Assembly: GCA_030599585.1 (NCBI GenBank)
Contig: JAUVNS010000015.1
Span: 41,310 to 105,309 of the forward strand
Direction of reading: 5' to 3'
DNA: 64,000 bases
Origin: Promethearchaeota archaeon
Lineage (GTDB): Archaea > Asgardarchaeota > Lokiarchaeia > Sigyniarchaeales > SOKP01
Below are positions 42,363 to 51,769 of this stretch, piece by piece (the stretch's first letter is position 1; each line of letters begins with the position of its first letter). The notes under the pieces are model-generated. The model saw only the letters and a program-made list of their open reading frames with translations. It ran no database searches and was not told where the DNA came from. A program made the translations under genes and the position numbers.

Positions 42363-43886
42363 TCATCGAATTTGCATCAATTTTCTTATATTATCTGGTA
42401 TTCCGTAAATGGCTATAGACGCTAATAGTTTACTGAAATTTTTGAAATTTCTAATTAGTCTGTTATCCTCTATAGTATCAGCAGTCAAATTACTGAGATC
42501 GTCTCTGCTACTTTGAATGTCTTCTTCCTTAGTTGGAATAGTTTTTGTATCTGTTCTGATCGGATTCTCAACAAAATAATTTGAATTAGGAGATTCATTA
42601 TCATTCTTTTCTCTTCCCTTGTTATAACAGTATTGCATAGCACATGCGGTGTAATAAACTGACCAAGCTAATAACTTTTCAACTTTATCATAGAATAACC
42701 GATGGATACTATTCTCTCTTCCATTATTTTCGATATCTTCCTTCCAATCCCAATAAATATCAGATGAATATGGTGTATTATTTAAATATAACCCACTCTT
42801 CTCAGCTTCAAATAAATTACTACCTGTAAAAGGTATGTGTTGATGATTTCCATCAGTTCTAAAAGCGGTATTAATTGTTTCGAGAGCCATGAAGGTTGCA
42901 GCAAGACTTGGCGGAATCGGAATAATTGGACCAAGAATTGCTTTGTGTGTGTTCCATGAGAAGAAAACTGATTCAGGACCTCCATTAGATCCATATGATT
43001 TATCCCATTTTGTTAAACTTGCTAATTGATTTTCAAACCATGTGTGATACATAGTTTCAAGATAAACATGCTTGTGTGTTGATGATTTTAAGACATGTGC
43101 AGGTACCATTAGGTCCGCAATATAATGAGTCATTGCACCTAACCAACCTGCTGCTGCTTCAGGTTGCATTGCTGAAACTCTGTTTCCATCTTCGTCTATT
43201 TTTGTATTTCCAATAGACTTTATAGCTTCTTCTCCAAGCAATGTAATTTTACTTATACAGGCTGGATCTTCAAGACCAAAAACATACAAGTTATTACCAA
43301 TATTTTCTTCTTTAAAATGAAAAAGATCTGTTCCACCTTGTCCAACCCATTTTCCCCCCCATCTCTCTAAATCTTTAACTCGTGTATCTTCATTTTGGAT
43401 GTAGATTTCTTGAATATCTGGATAGTCAGTTTTTTTCATATCTGGCATCTGTGTTGCAAAAAGAAAAGTGAAATAACCTCTAATTATTTCATGTCGATTT
43501 GAGGAAGTAAAATAATTAGCTTTCCATGCTGGCCATTTGTTTCTAGCGATATCTGAGTTTATTAACCAAGTCCAATCACTGAAAAACAATGGATTCTTAA
43601 TTACATCTCTTAATGTTCGCAATGCAGCATCTGCTATCCAATCGTGAGTTCCATAATGTGAACCATCATAGCCTTGTGCTCCAGGAACACTACTTTTTCC
43701 AAAAACATATTCAGTTGGATTTTTAGGATGTCTATATCTATCATCTGTCATTACTGTGCCAGGAAATCCCATACCCCAATAATTAGGACCATTATTACAA
43801 GCGATTGTATCCGAAATTAATACTCCAAAGACTATTACAAAAACTATAGCAGATAAAAATATTATGCTAATTTTCTTTTTATTTAT
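42363..43886 (-). CDS. Secreted Zn-dependent phospholipase C / S1-P1 nuclease-like protein (probable ATA start)
   Basis: GTHDWIAD, PD, GAMTHYIADLMVPAH, HTWFE; frame extends 38 codons upstream of the ATG at 43772 and encodes a signal peptide. Confidence 0.75.
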   Translation of the reverse strand: MNKKKISIIFLSAIVFVIVFGVLISDTIACNNGPNYWGMGFPGTVMTDDRYRHPKNPTEYVFGKSSVPGAQGYDGSHYGTHDWIADAALRTLRDVIKNPLFFSDWTWLINSDIARNKWPAWKANYFTSSNRHEIIRGYFTFLFATQMPDMKKTDYPDIQEIYIQNEDTRVKDLERWGGKWVGQGGTDLFHFKEENIGNNLYVFGLEDPACISKITLLGEEAIKSIGNTKIDEDGNRVSAMQPEAAAGWLGAMTHYIADLMVPAHVLKSSTHKHVYLETMYHTWFENQLASLTKWDKSYGSNGGPESVFFSWNTHKAILGPIIPIPPSLAATFMALETINTAFRTDGNHQHIPFTGSNLFEAEKSGLYLNNTPYSSDIYWDWKEDIENNGRENSIHRLFYDKVEKLLAWSVYYTACAMQYCYNKGREKNDNESPNSNYFVENPIRTDTKTIPTKEEDIQSSRDDLSNLTADTIEDNRLIRNFKNFSKLLASIAIYGIPDNIRKLMQIR

Positions 43887-43931
43887 CTCTTTTCACCTCT
43901 TATTTTATTTTTAGAATGTATATATTCGATT

Positions 43932-46900
43932 TTAGAAACCTCCCATGGTTATTAATTCATTAGCGAGGATAGAAAACCCTGAGTTAGTAAAATAAGTAAA
44001 AAAACAGAAAACCATGATAAGTGTTGAAATGACGGTGTGTACAATCATAACTGTTTTGATATTTTTCGTCCCTACACTCGACCTCGCAGCTCCACTTGTT
44101 AGAACAAGAGTAGATGTTAACCCTACAACCGAGCTAAGAAACGAGACAATCATCATCGGATATCCTCCAAGTAAATCATTCCAAGTTGGCGGATTATTTT
44201 CTTGGGATGGTACAAAAATTCCGTCCTCATTTTCTTCCCAATTGGTTCCAGCTACATCGGAGTTTAAATCTACTATTAATAATGCCATTAGAAATCCTGA
44301 AAATTTAGTTATTAAATTAAAATTAAAACCACCTCCATCTTTGTTTGAGAAAATTAGTGCAGTAAGAAAACCTAGGCTTTTAACAAACATGTGGAACCCC
44401 AGGCCTATAAGAGAACCCATATCGGAAGTAGTGAAGGCAAAGTTAATATAAGCTAAGAAATCAAAAACAATGTTTACAGCTGCCATTGTAGCGGCGATAA
44501 TTTGTGCAGCAATCTGGATTTTTGGTGACTTACAGACTGCTAAAAATGTTGTTGTTATATAGCTGACCGTCATGATTACTGCCCCCACTATCCCCTCCAT
44601 CCCTAAACCATTCGGGTGGCCATAGAAGAATGTATTTTTCATGTTCTCAAAGCTTCCCATATGCCATATCCGTTTATCCGTGTTGACTTTTGTGTTATGT
44701 GCTTGATTATCTTCTACTTCGAAGCTAAAACCCCACGCTCCGGATGTAAAGTTATAGGTGTTCAAATCAGAACTCTGTTCGTATTTATAGGCATAGTGTC
44801 CGTCTCCAAACACATCGATGAAATATTCATCGTATCCTTCGGGACCAGGACCGTAATGTCCTCCGGTCCACTTCATATTTATAGGGTTTAGTGGATCGTT
44901 TGGATGATCGAGGTTAAATAGCGTGAGTTTAGGGAGGAATTCAAATCCATTGTTCCAGTGTTGTTCATGAGTTCCGTCGGGATCTTCAATGTAAACCCAA
45001 AATCTTAATATAAATTCGTCAGAAACTGGTGATAGCACAGGTGATTCCGAGTCCTCGCTGAGTAATCGGTTCCAGGTTAAATCTTCGACGTACCATTTCC
45101 AGATGATTGGTGGAAGGTTAGTTCCAATAATTCTCGGCTTAAGGAGTGGTCCTTCAAACCAGCATGGAATGTATTCAAACTCGATCCCCTCATCAATATA
45201 TTCGTCTTCTGGCTCTAGATTCTCTTCATCTTCGATAGTTTGGTAATCCCATAGGACGGACACCGAACCATCCGAAAAAACGGCTTCGTAGTAATAGTTA
45301 AGAGTTGTCGGTTCATCGATGGAAATGTAGTTGGAAAAATTGAGTGTTCTACTATAGGTATTAAAACTCATTTCTTCGTAATTGTAAGTAGACGCTAGAC
45401 TCATTGGGAAGGTAGTTATCGTTTCGTTTGGCCATTTCAATTTGAGATATACTTGTTCTGGTGTGAGTCTGTCGAGAAAGTCGCATCCGGTTGCGGTGAA
45501 CTCGAACTCACTATCGATATATCCGGAGAAAGGATCTAAATATGAGCTTAAGAAATAGCTCCTGTTATCGTGGAATAGAGGACCGATTGCGTATCCACAC
45601 CAGGGCCACCTCGTTGTTCTGTTCACGACGCTCGCTTTAGTAATAAAGCAATAGTGCCACTGTCCGTTTCGCTGATCGAAGTCGAAATCTTGCCCAAAGT
45701 CGACAGTGCGATTAAACCTTACCCAATTGTAATAGGTGTCAAACGACTGTCCCGGAGTTTCGTCCATCGAATAATTATAAACAATCCCAGATGGACTTAC
45801 GAGCACGAGAGTGACGTAGTCGGGAGCGTATCCTTGCGGTTGATGTCGGTATAAAGCGTGAAAGTCGTATCTTAGCCCTCCTAGGTGATCGTATCCGCAA
45901 CCGAGCTCAGGTGGAGTAGTTACGTTGCTGTCAGCCCCCATGAAATCCTCGAGGATCGATCCGAGTTTCGTGTCCATAGTAAGAAGGGGGAAATAAATAT
46001 CAAAGTATTCCCAGTAGGTCCATGTTATATACGCTTCGACTCGCACATCGTAGTCGGCCATTTCAAGTTCGATAAATGCTATGCGAGTATCGACTCCGTA
46101 TGGTATAGCCCAGTTAATTCCCCAGTCGCACTCGAATTCGCTGAATATGCTTGTTAAATCGAGCGTAACTCCGATGCCCAAGAATATTATTGAAATAGTT
46201 AATACTTCGAGGGCAAGACAGATGTATGCAACCACGATTAAAGCAGCTCGAATGAGACACCAGAGGAGGTTTGCGAGGAAGGTAAGAAGAATTAGTCCTA
46301 CTCCGTTTGCATTGTTGTCGTTGAGTTGAGTTATACTTATAATAGTTAGCGAGAAGATCATAATGAGTCCGATGGTTGGTAGAATAAATGGTAGTAAGAA
46401 TAACCAAAAGAACACGGGATTGTAAGGATTTGGAGCGTTTCCGTAAGAAGAATCTTCGTAGCCACCAGCCCACAGAATAAATTTCGAGACGGTGTTGGGC
46501 ACATTGAGCAACACAGCGCTCGTCCCGTTAAATTTTGTAGAAACACAAGTATACGCAATACTAAGATCTGTTAATGTTTGGTTGTTTTCGTCAAGTGTTT
46601 GATTGATTGCGCAGGTGAGGAGGAGATCGAGCAGTTCCATGGCTTCTTGGGACGTCATTTGATATCTAACGAACACGAAATCTGCGTCTCCGCACTCCTC
46701 GTCAACAATGTTCCCATCCCTATCGATGGAGTAAAACTCAAACTCACCTTCAATATTGCTATAGAGTATTGTTTGGTCCAATAATCCGTTTTCTATGAAC
46801 GCGTTGATTTTAGTTTTCGTGAACAAGCTGGTCGGGATTACGATGGCGTTTGCTCCTTGAACGAACGGGGTGCCTACTCCGGAATCGATTATGTGTAATT

Positions 46901-49900
46901 GGAAGACGTTCATTCGTTCTTGTTGTTGGTAATGTCCGTTGAATAACGTATTGTTTTCCGAATAGATTGCTACGGTGTTAACTTTGTCTACTGTAATTTT
47001 TTTTATGTTTACCATAATTTCGTCTGTTCTCCCGAATTGTCCGGTGTGTTGGGCAACAAGCGCTTGCGTTTCTAGAGAGGAATCAAGGTCATAAAAATCA
47101 GAATACCACACTCCATCAAAGCGGTTTAAGTCTCCAAATACGATGATTTCCCATAGGGTGAAGAAAAATTGGACTTGGTTACTTTGTAGGGTCACATCGT
47201 CGCTAATATCTATGTAGTAGCGATATCCTTCTCCTTCGTTCCACCAAGCGGTGTGATGGGTGATGTAAGCACCTGCTCCGTAAGCTTCGGTCGTTGCTCT
47301 TTTACTAGTAGTGAAAAAGCCTACTTTATTGTTCTCGTCTACTCCATTAGGATCGATAATATCGTTGATCTGTAGGTAAATTCCAATTTTAAGCAATGGA
47401 TCTGTAGTAGGCCATGCTTGATTTCGATAGCTCGCAAAGACGGGAGAAATTTCGAGAATGATATTTCTGAGGGGGTCTCTATCCTTCGTATCAAATGCAC
47501 CATCTCCATCGGTATCTTTATTGAGGGGGTTAGTGTTTGTAGTGAAAATTTCGTAGCTATCGCTCCACCCATCGGAATCCGTATCATGTAGTGCTGGATC
47601 TGTGATCCAGGCGTGAGTGTCAAGCGGTCCTGCTTCGATATAGGTATCTGTTTCAATGTAAAACTCGAGGAGGGCGAGCTGGTCTTGGTTCGCTTCCGAA
47701 GATTCTAGTCTCACAGTAAAGGAATATTCCCCATACACATCCAATATGGACTTATCTTGGAACAATTCAAACAGGTCAATTGTATTAGAGTACCATTCGT
47801 AATTATCGTAGTTGTTCTGCTGGGTTATATCGATAAGAATGGATTTTTCCAACCTATTGTCTACATATTTTTTGGCGAGTTCAACTTCTACGATCGTACC
47901 TGTATGGATTACCCCGATCGATTCAAACGCGAGATGAAGTTCAGCACTAAATATTCTCCCGATTTGTGGAATGTCTAATTGATAAGTCGTAGTTGTATTG
48001 GAGTTAAATTCTGTAGAATTAATAATTCGCTGAGTGGTGTCATATGTATCTTTTACGTCGATTTTCTGCGTTCCTTCCACGAGCAGATTCATTTCCACTC
48101 CATCGAGTATTCCATCGTTGTCAAAATCCTCGTCGTGCGGGTCTAGATATCTACAAAATTCGAGTTCGAATTGTTCTACAAGACAACCGGCGGTAGGATC
48201 GTTCACTTCTAAAATGTAATTTCCGTAATAGTTAAAACTAAGAGAAATGTTATTCATGATTTCGCTGACATCAATCACGTGTGAGAAATATCTCGTTCTA
48301 TTTGTAGTGGTTTCGAATAAAATAGCGTTGTATCCTTCGTGTCGAATAGTTACGGTTAGGTTCTTCACGTTCTCGTCTTTAATACCGTATTCTTCATTTT
48401 GACTTGCTCCATATTCTCCAAAGGAGAGAGCTACTGATATTTGGGCGGTTGTTGCTTTTTGAAACATGTATGGAAAATGTAGCGAAACGGGATTTGACAC
48501 GTTTACTCTAATCTCGTGATTATTAGGATTTTCTAGTGTTACCGTATAGAACTTCATTTCGGAGCCATCTGACGCAAAATCTCGGTCGCAATCTGCCTCT
48601 AAAGGGTTTGTTCTAAACCCTAAAAGCCCCCACCCGTAAAATTCTTCTCCGTCTTTAATTCCATCCATATCAGAATCCGAATTATTAAGGCTGGTGCCAA
48701 TGTCTATCTCTATTTTATCTGATAGAAAATCGGCGTCTTGATCGTAATTAATAGGAAATGGGTCTATCGAGTCTTCTAATAAATCTCCATCCGAATCTTT
48801 TAGCCTAGGATTACTCCCGGTTTGATATTCTTCGTAGTCAGAGAGACCATCTCTATCGGTATCGAAAATTAAAGGCTCGCTAGAGACAAATAAAGTTTTA
48901 GACCCTTCAAAGAAATTAATCGACACATTCCAGCCATAAAACTCAATCGAATCTTTCAGTAGGTCGTAGTCGCTGTCCTCGTTCAACGGGTTTGTGCCAA
49001 TGGAAAGCTCTCCAATTCCAGAAGAGTCCAGTCCATCGCAAAGTCCGTCGCCATCTGTGTCGGGATTGACAAAATTAGTGCCGAGTATCCATTGCTCGTA
49101 CTCATCAGAAATGAGATCGTTATCTGCATCAGAAAAAGTTTCCAGAGATTCACCTGTGTGTCCTAATAATTGTTCAATATTATCTGGAACGCTATTTTTG
49201 TTATTATCGATAATGACATTTACGATAAAAATTGCCACGCTTTCTTTTCCGGAGGGATCTACGACTTTCACTTGCCCTCTATATATTGCAGTATCAGTAC
49301 ATGTAAATGTCATCGTGCTAGTTGCTTTCCCGATGTTGTCGCTATAGGTGTAGTTGTTGTCTCCATCGGTAATCTCCCAATAAAACTTCAATTTATCAAT
49401 GTCGAAAACGCTGTCATACCCGTAAGCATTGAGTTCCAATTTTTCTCCAATGTTGGGTCCGTTATACACATAGTTTGAAACGAAAACTTCAGGTGCGATA
49501 TTATTTACCATTAATGTTATATTTTCCGAAGCTACTTGACCGTTTTGATTAGAAACATTTAAAGTAAAGCTGTAATCTCCATCGTCTAACAAGATTGAAG
49601 GGCGTTTATTGTTTGAGATATGAACACCGTTTTGATCGTACCACGAATAGGATAACGTAGGTTCGTTCTCTAACGAGTCGTACGCTTCCACATCTAGATT
49701 AACCATTTGACCTTCGATATTTTGAGGGAGCGTAAAGGGACCTAGAACCTCTAAATCGATCATTCCTTCAGTTTCATTCTTTTCAATACGATAATTTTGA
49801 TCATTATGGATATATATTGTTTTTGAAGTTCGATCCAATGCTCCATTATCGTCTTTAACGCATAGTTCGACGGTATATTGTCCGGAAGTATCGTAAGCGT

Positions 49901-50840
49901 GGTTGACGTATTTTCCAAAGGCCGTGTGATTATCGCCAAAATCCCATATATACATTAGCGAATTATAATCGCTTTCAGTGTCAACACTTAGTTCTGCGTT
50001 AAATTCTATGCCGTCCTCTGATATTACTTGATCAAAGTAAGCTTCAGGATGTGTGTTAACAATTTCTATATATTCTGTTTTTTGAGATAAAGCGCCTTGA
50101 TCGTCGAAAATGGTAATTGTAACTGGATATATACCTGCGTTTTCCCATTTATGAACTATTGAATTTTGAAGAGATGTTGTTTGGTTATTATCTGCGAAAT
50201 TGTAAGCATATTTTAGAGCTCCAAATTCTAAATCTACTCCGGATTCAATTAAGTCTACGACGCTTACCCTAGCAAGTTCGTCTTCGTGCGCGGAATTTGG
50301 TACCGAAACTTCAAATTGTGGAGCATTATTCTTGATTTCAATAAATAGTGCCTTACTGATAGAAAATCCATTTTGATTCCACACGTGAATTAAAGGCGTG
50401 TATTTTCCTTGTACATCATAGGAATGTCTAATGTTATTGGAACTGTGGTTTAACTCTACGCTCGTTCCATCCCCGAACACTATGGCTCCTTTCGAAAAAC
50501 TTCCTATAACAGTCCAACTAAAGGTGATGTCTTCATTTACGTCTACTTCACGTTTATTGCCTTTGAACACAACATCAATGTTAGTTTGTATTAGTATGAA
50601 ATACAATCCAGAAAACATCGCGAAAAGCAGGACACCAATCAGTAACGAAGCCTTCGCTTTTCTGGACTTGAATTTTTTTACCAAGTTATTCCGCTTTTCT
50701 TGTTGGTACCCTGGCAAGCGAAGATTCTTCCGACTTTTCTTACCAAAAATTGTAGGTTGGAATGCTTGTTGCCAAAAAATTTGCCTTCTTTTTTCTCTTC
50801 TTCTTATCTTTTTAGCTGAATTTTCAGTTTTATTGGGCAT
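43932..50840 (-). CDS. Giant (2302 aa) membrane-anchored surface protein with PKD domains, DxDxDG Ca-binding repeats and internal plus C-terminal TM bundles
   Basis: YIWDFGD/HAYDTSGQYTV PKD motifs; repeated DTDGDGL.D..E; hydrophobic clusters. Confidence 0.85.
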   Translation of the reverse strand: MPNKTENSAKKIRRREKRRQIFWQQAFQPTIFGKKSRKNLRLPGYQQEKRNNLVKKFKSRKAKASLLIGVLLFAMFSGLYFILIQTNIDVVFKGNKREVDVNEDITFSWTVIGSFSKGAIVFGDGTSVELNHSSNNIRHSYDVQGKYTPLIHVWNQNGFSISKALFIEIKNNAPQFEVSVPNSAHEDELARVSVVDLIESGVDLEFGALKYAYNFADNNQTTSLQNSIVHKWENAGIYPVTITIFDDQGALSQKTEYIEIVNTHPEAYFDQVISEDGIEFNAELSVDTESDYNSLMYIWDFGDNHTAFGKYVNHAYDTSGQYTVELCVKDDNGALDRTSKTIYIHNDQNYRIEKNETEGMIDLEVLGPFTLPQNIEGQMVNLDVEAYDSLENEPTLSYSWYDQNGVHISNNKRPSILLDDGDYSFTLNVSNQNGQVASENITLMVNNIAPEVFVSNYVYNGPNIGEKLELNAYGYDSVFDIDKLKFYWEITDGDNNYTYSDNIGKATSTMTFTCTDTAIYRGQVKVVDPSGKESVAIFIVNVIIDNNKNSVPDNIEQLLGHTGESLETFSDADNDLISDEYEQWILGTNFVNPDTDGDGLCDGLDSSGIGELSIGTNPLNEDSDYDLLKDSIEFYGWNVSINFFEGSKTLFVSSEPLIFDTDRDGLSDYEEYQTGSNPRLKDSDGDLLEDSIDPFPINYDQDADFLSDKIEIDIGTSLNNSDSDMDGIKDGEEFYGWGLLGFRTNPLEADCDRDFASDGSEMKFYTVTLENPNNHEIRVNVSNPVSLHFPYMFQKATTAQISVALSFGEYGASQNEEYGIKDENVKNLTVTIRHEGYNAILFETTTNRTRYFSHVIDVSEIMNNISLSFNYYGNYILEVNDPTAGCLVEQFELEFCRYLDPHDEDFDNDGILDGVEMNLLVEGTQKIDVKDTYDTTQRIINSTEFNSNTTTTYQLDIPQIGRIFSAELHLAFESIGVIHTGTIVEVELAKKYVDNRLEKSILIDITQQNNYDNYEWYSNTIDLFELFQDKSILDVYGEYSFTVRLESSEANQDQLALLEFYIETDTYIEAGPLDTHAWITDPALHDTDSDGWSDSYEIFTTNTNPLNKDTDGDGAFDTKDRDPLRNIILEISPVFASYRNQAWPTTDPLLKIGIYLQINDIIDPNGVDENNKVGFFTTSKRATTEAYGAGAYITHHTAWWNEGEGYRYYIDISDDVTLQSNQVQFFFTLWEIIVFGDLNRFDGVWYSDFYDLDSSLETQALVAQHTGQFGRTDEIMVNIKKITVDKVNTVAIYSENNTLFNGHYQQQERMNVFQLHIIDSGVGTPFVQGANAIVIPTSLFTKTKINAFIENGLLDQTILYSNIEGEFEFYSIDRDGNIVDEECGDADFVFVRYQMTSQEAMELLDLLLTCAINQTLDENNQTLTDLSIAYTCVSTKFNGTSAVLLNVPNTVSKFILWAGGYEDSSYGNAPNPYNPVFFWLFLLPFILPTIGLIMIFSLTIISITQLNDNNANGVGLILLTFLANLLWCLIRAALIVVAYICLALEVLTISIIFLGIGVTLDLTSIFSEFECDWGINWAIPYGVDTRIAFIELEMADYDVRVEAYITWTYWEYFDIYFPLLTMDTKLGSILEDFMGADSNVTTPPELGCGYDHLGGLRYDFHALYRHQPQGYAPDYVTLVLVSPSGIVYNYSMDETPGQSFDTYYNWVRFNRTVDFGQDFDFDQRNGQWHYCFITKASVVNRTTRWPWCGYAIGPLFHDNRSYFLSSYLDPFSGYIDSEFEFTATGCDFLDRLTPEQVYLKLKWPNETITTFPMSLASTYNYEEMSFNTYSRTLNFSNYISIDEPTTLNYYYEAVFSDGSVSVLWDYQTIEDEENLEPEDEYIDEGIEFEYIPCWFEGPLLKPRIIGTNLPPIIWKWYVEDLTWNRLLSEDSESPVLSPVSDEFILRFWVYIEDPDGTHEQHWNNGFEFLPKLTLFNLDHPNDPLNPINMKWTGGHYGPGPEGYDEYFIDVFGDGHYAYKYEQSSDLNTYNFTSGAWGFSFEVEDNQAHNTKVNTDKRIWHMGSFENMKNTFFYGHPNGLGMEGIVGAVIMTVSYITTTFLAVCKSPKIQIAAQIIAATMAAVNIVFDFLAYINFAFTTSDMGSLIGLGFHMFVKSLGFLTALIFSNKDGGGFNFNLITKFSGFLMALLIVDLNSDVAGTNWEENEDGIFVPSQENNPPTWNDLLGGYPMMIVSFLSSVVGLTSTLVLTSGAARSSVGTKNIKTVMIVHTVISTLIMVFCFFTYFTNSGFSILANELITMGGF

Positions 50841-50914
50841 ATAAGCAATAAAAAGTGAATGTATATAAAAGAAAAATAGCTAAAAAAAAAAAATTTAATT
50901 TAGGAATATATCTC

Positions 50915-51103
50915 CTAATATTTTACTTGTTGTTCTAATCCACAACTTGCGCATACATACCTATTAGCCCTTAGTTGGACCGTGTTTCCTCCACATTCCA
51001 TACATTTCTTTTTGGAAGAAACCCATTTAGGGCGTCCAGCAATTTTATCCATTCTTCTTGAAGATTTAGTCATAATTACATGAAGACCTCTTTTGCAATT
51101 CAT
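50915..51103 (-). CDS. Small zinc-ribbon protein
   Basis: CMECGG...YVCASCG. Confidence 0.7.
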   Translation of the reverse strand: MNCKRGLHVIMTKSSRRMDKIAGRPKWVSSKKKCMECGGNTVQLRANRYVCASCGLEQQVKY

Positions 51104-51439
51104 TACTCAAGATATGATTTGAGTATTCACTTTCCAAATTGCTAAGACCTCAATTCAATGAATTGGTAAAATTCTTCGCAGAAGAATCTCTAATAAGCGC
51201 TCTTGCTTGTTAGGGGGAGTCTTATTATATAGGGATGCTCTATTATCGCTTTTAGTCCTATATTATTACTTACTAGGTAATTTCACTATTTATGTTTTCA
51301 TGTTCATTCTGGAGTTTTAACTTAAAGTGAGCTGTTAGGTGTAGGGGTTGTGTTCCGGAGTTTTACTCCAAATTAAATTTTCTACCATCGTTTTTCTACA
51401 ATAAAGTTAAATTTTTTTTTGGTTTATCTTATTATAGTT

Positions 51440-51685
51440 ATGAGGAGAAAGAACCAAGGGACCCTTTTGATAGTTGTTGGTGTAATGTTGATAATTTTTT
51501 TTCCTGTTTCTTCGGTGTCTAATGGTATAGGTTCGATTGGGCTTTTTTTTCCGTACGATCCGTTATCTTATTGGATGATTTGGTTGATACAGTATGGCGT
51601 GTTATCTATTATTATGGGTATAATTGGCGTGTATTTTATTGTTACTGGGTATCGGTATAGAAAATGGTATCGGGAAGTTGAGTAA
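51440..51685 (+). CDS. Small 2-TM membrane protein (cassette)
   Basis: Hydrophobic ORF between cores 51350 and 51716. Confidence 0.65.
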   Translation: MRRKNQGTLLIVVGVMLIIFFPVSSVSNGIGSIGLFFPYDPLSYWMIWLIQYGVLSIIMGIIGVYFIVTGYRYRKWYREVE

Positions 51686-51769
51686 CGATTTTATCGAGAT
51701 CGAAGTTGAGAAGTTGTGTTCCGATTATTATCTTTTTAATACCTATTCTCTATCTTAATGAGTCAATTC

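Noticed and set aside
44014-50844. Many antisense and alternate-frame ORFs inside the giant gene (also inside ftsZ, dprA and others)
   Set aside because: Shadow ORFs of real genes with no motifs of their own.
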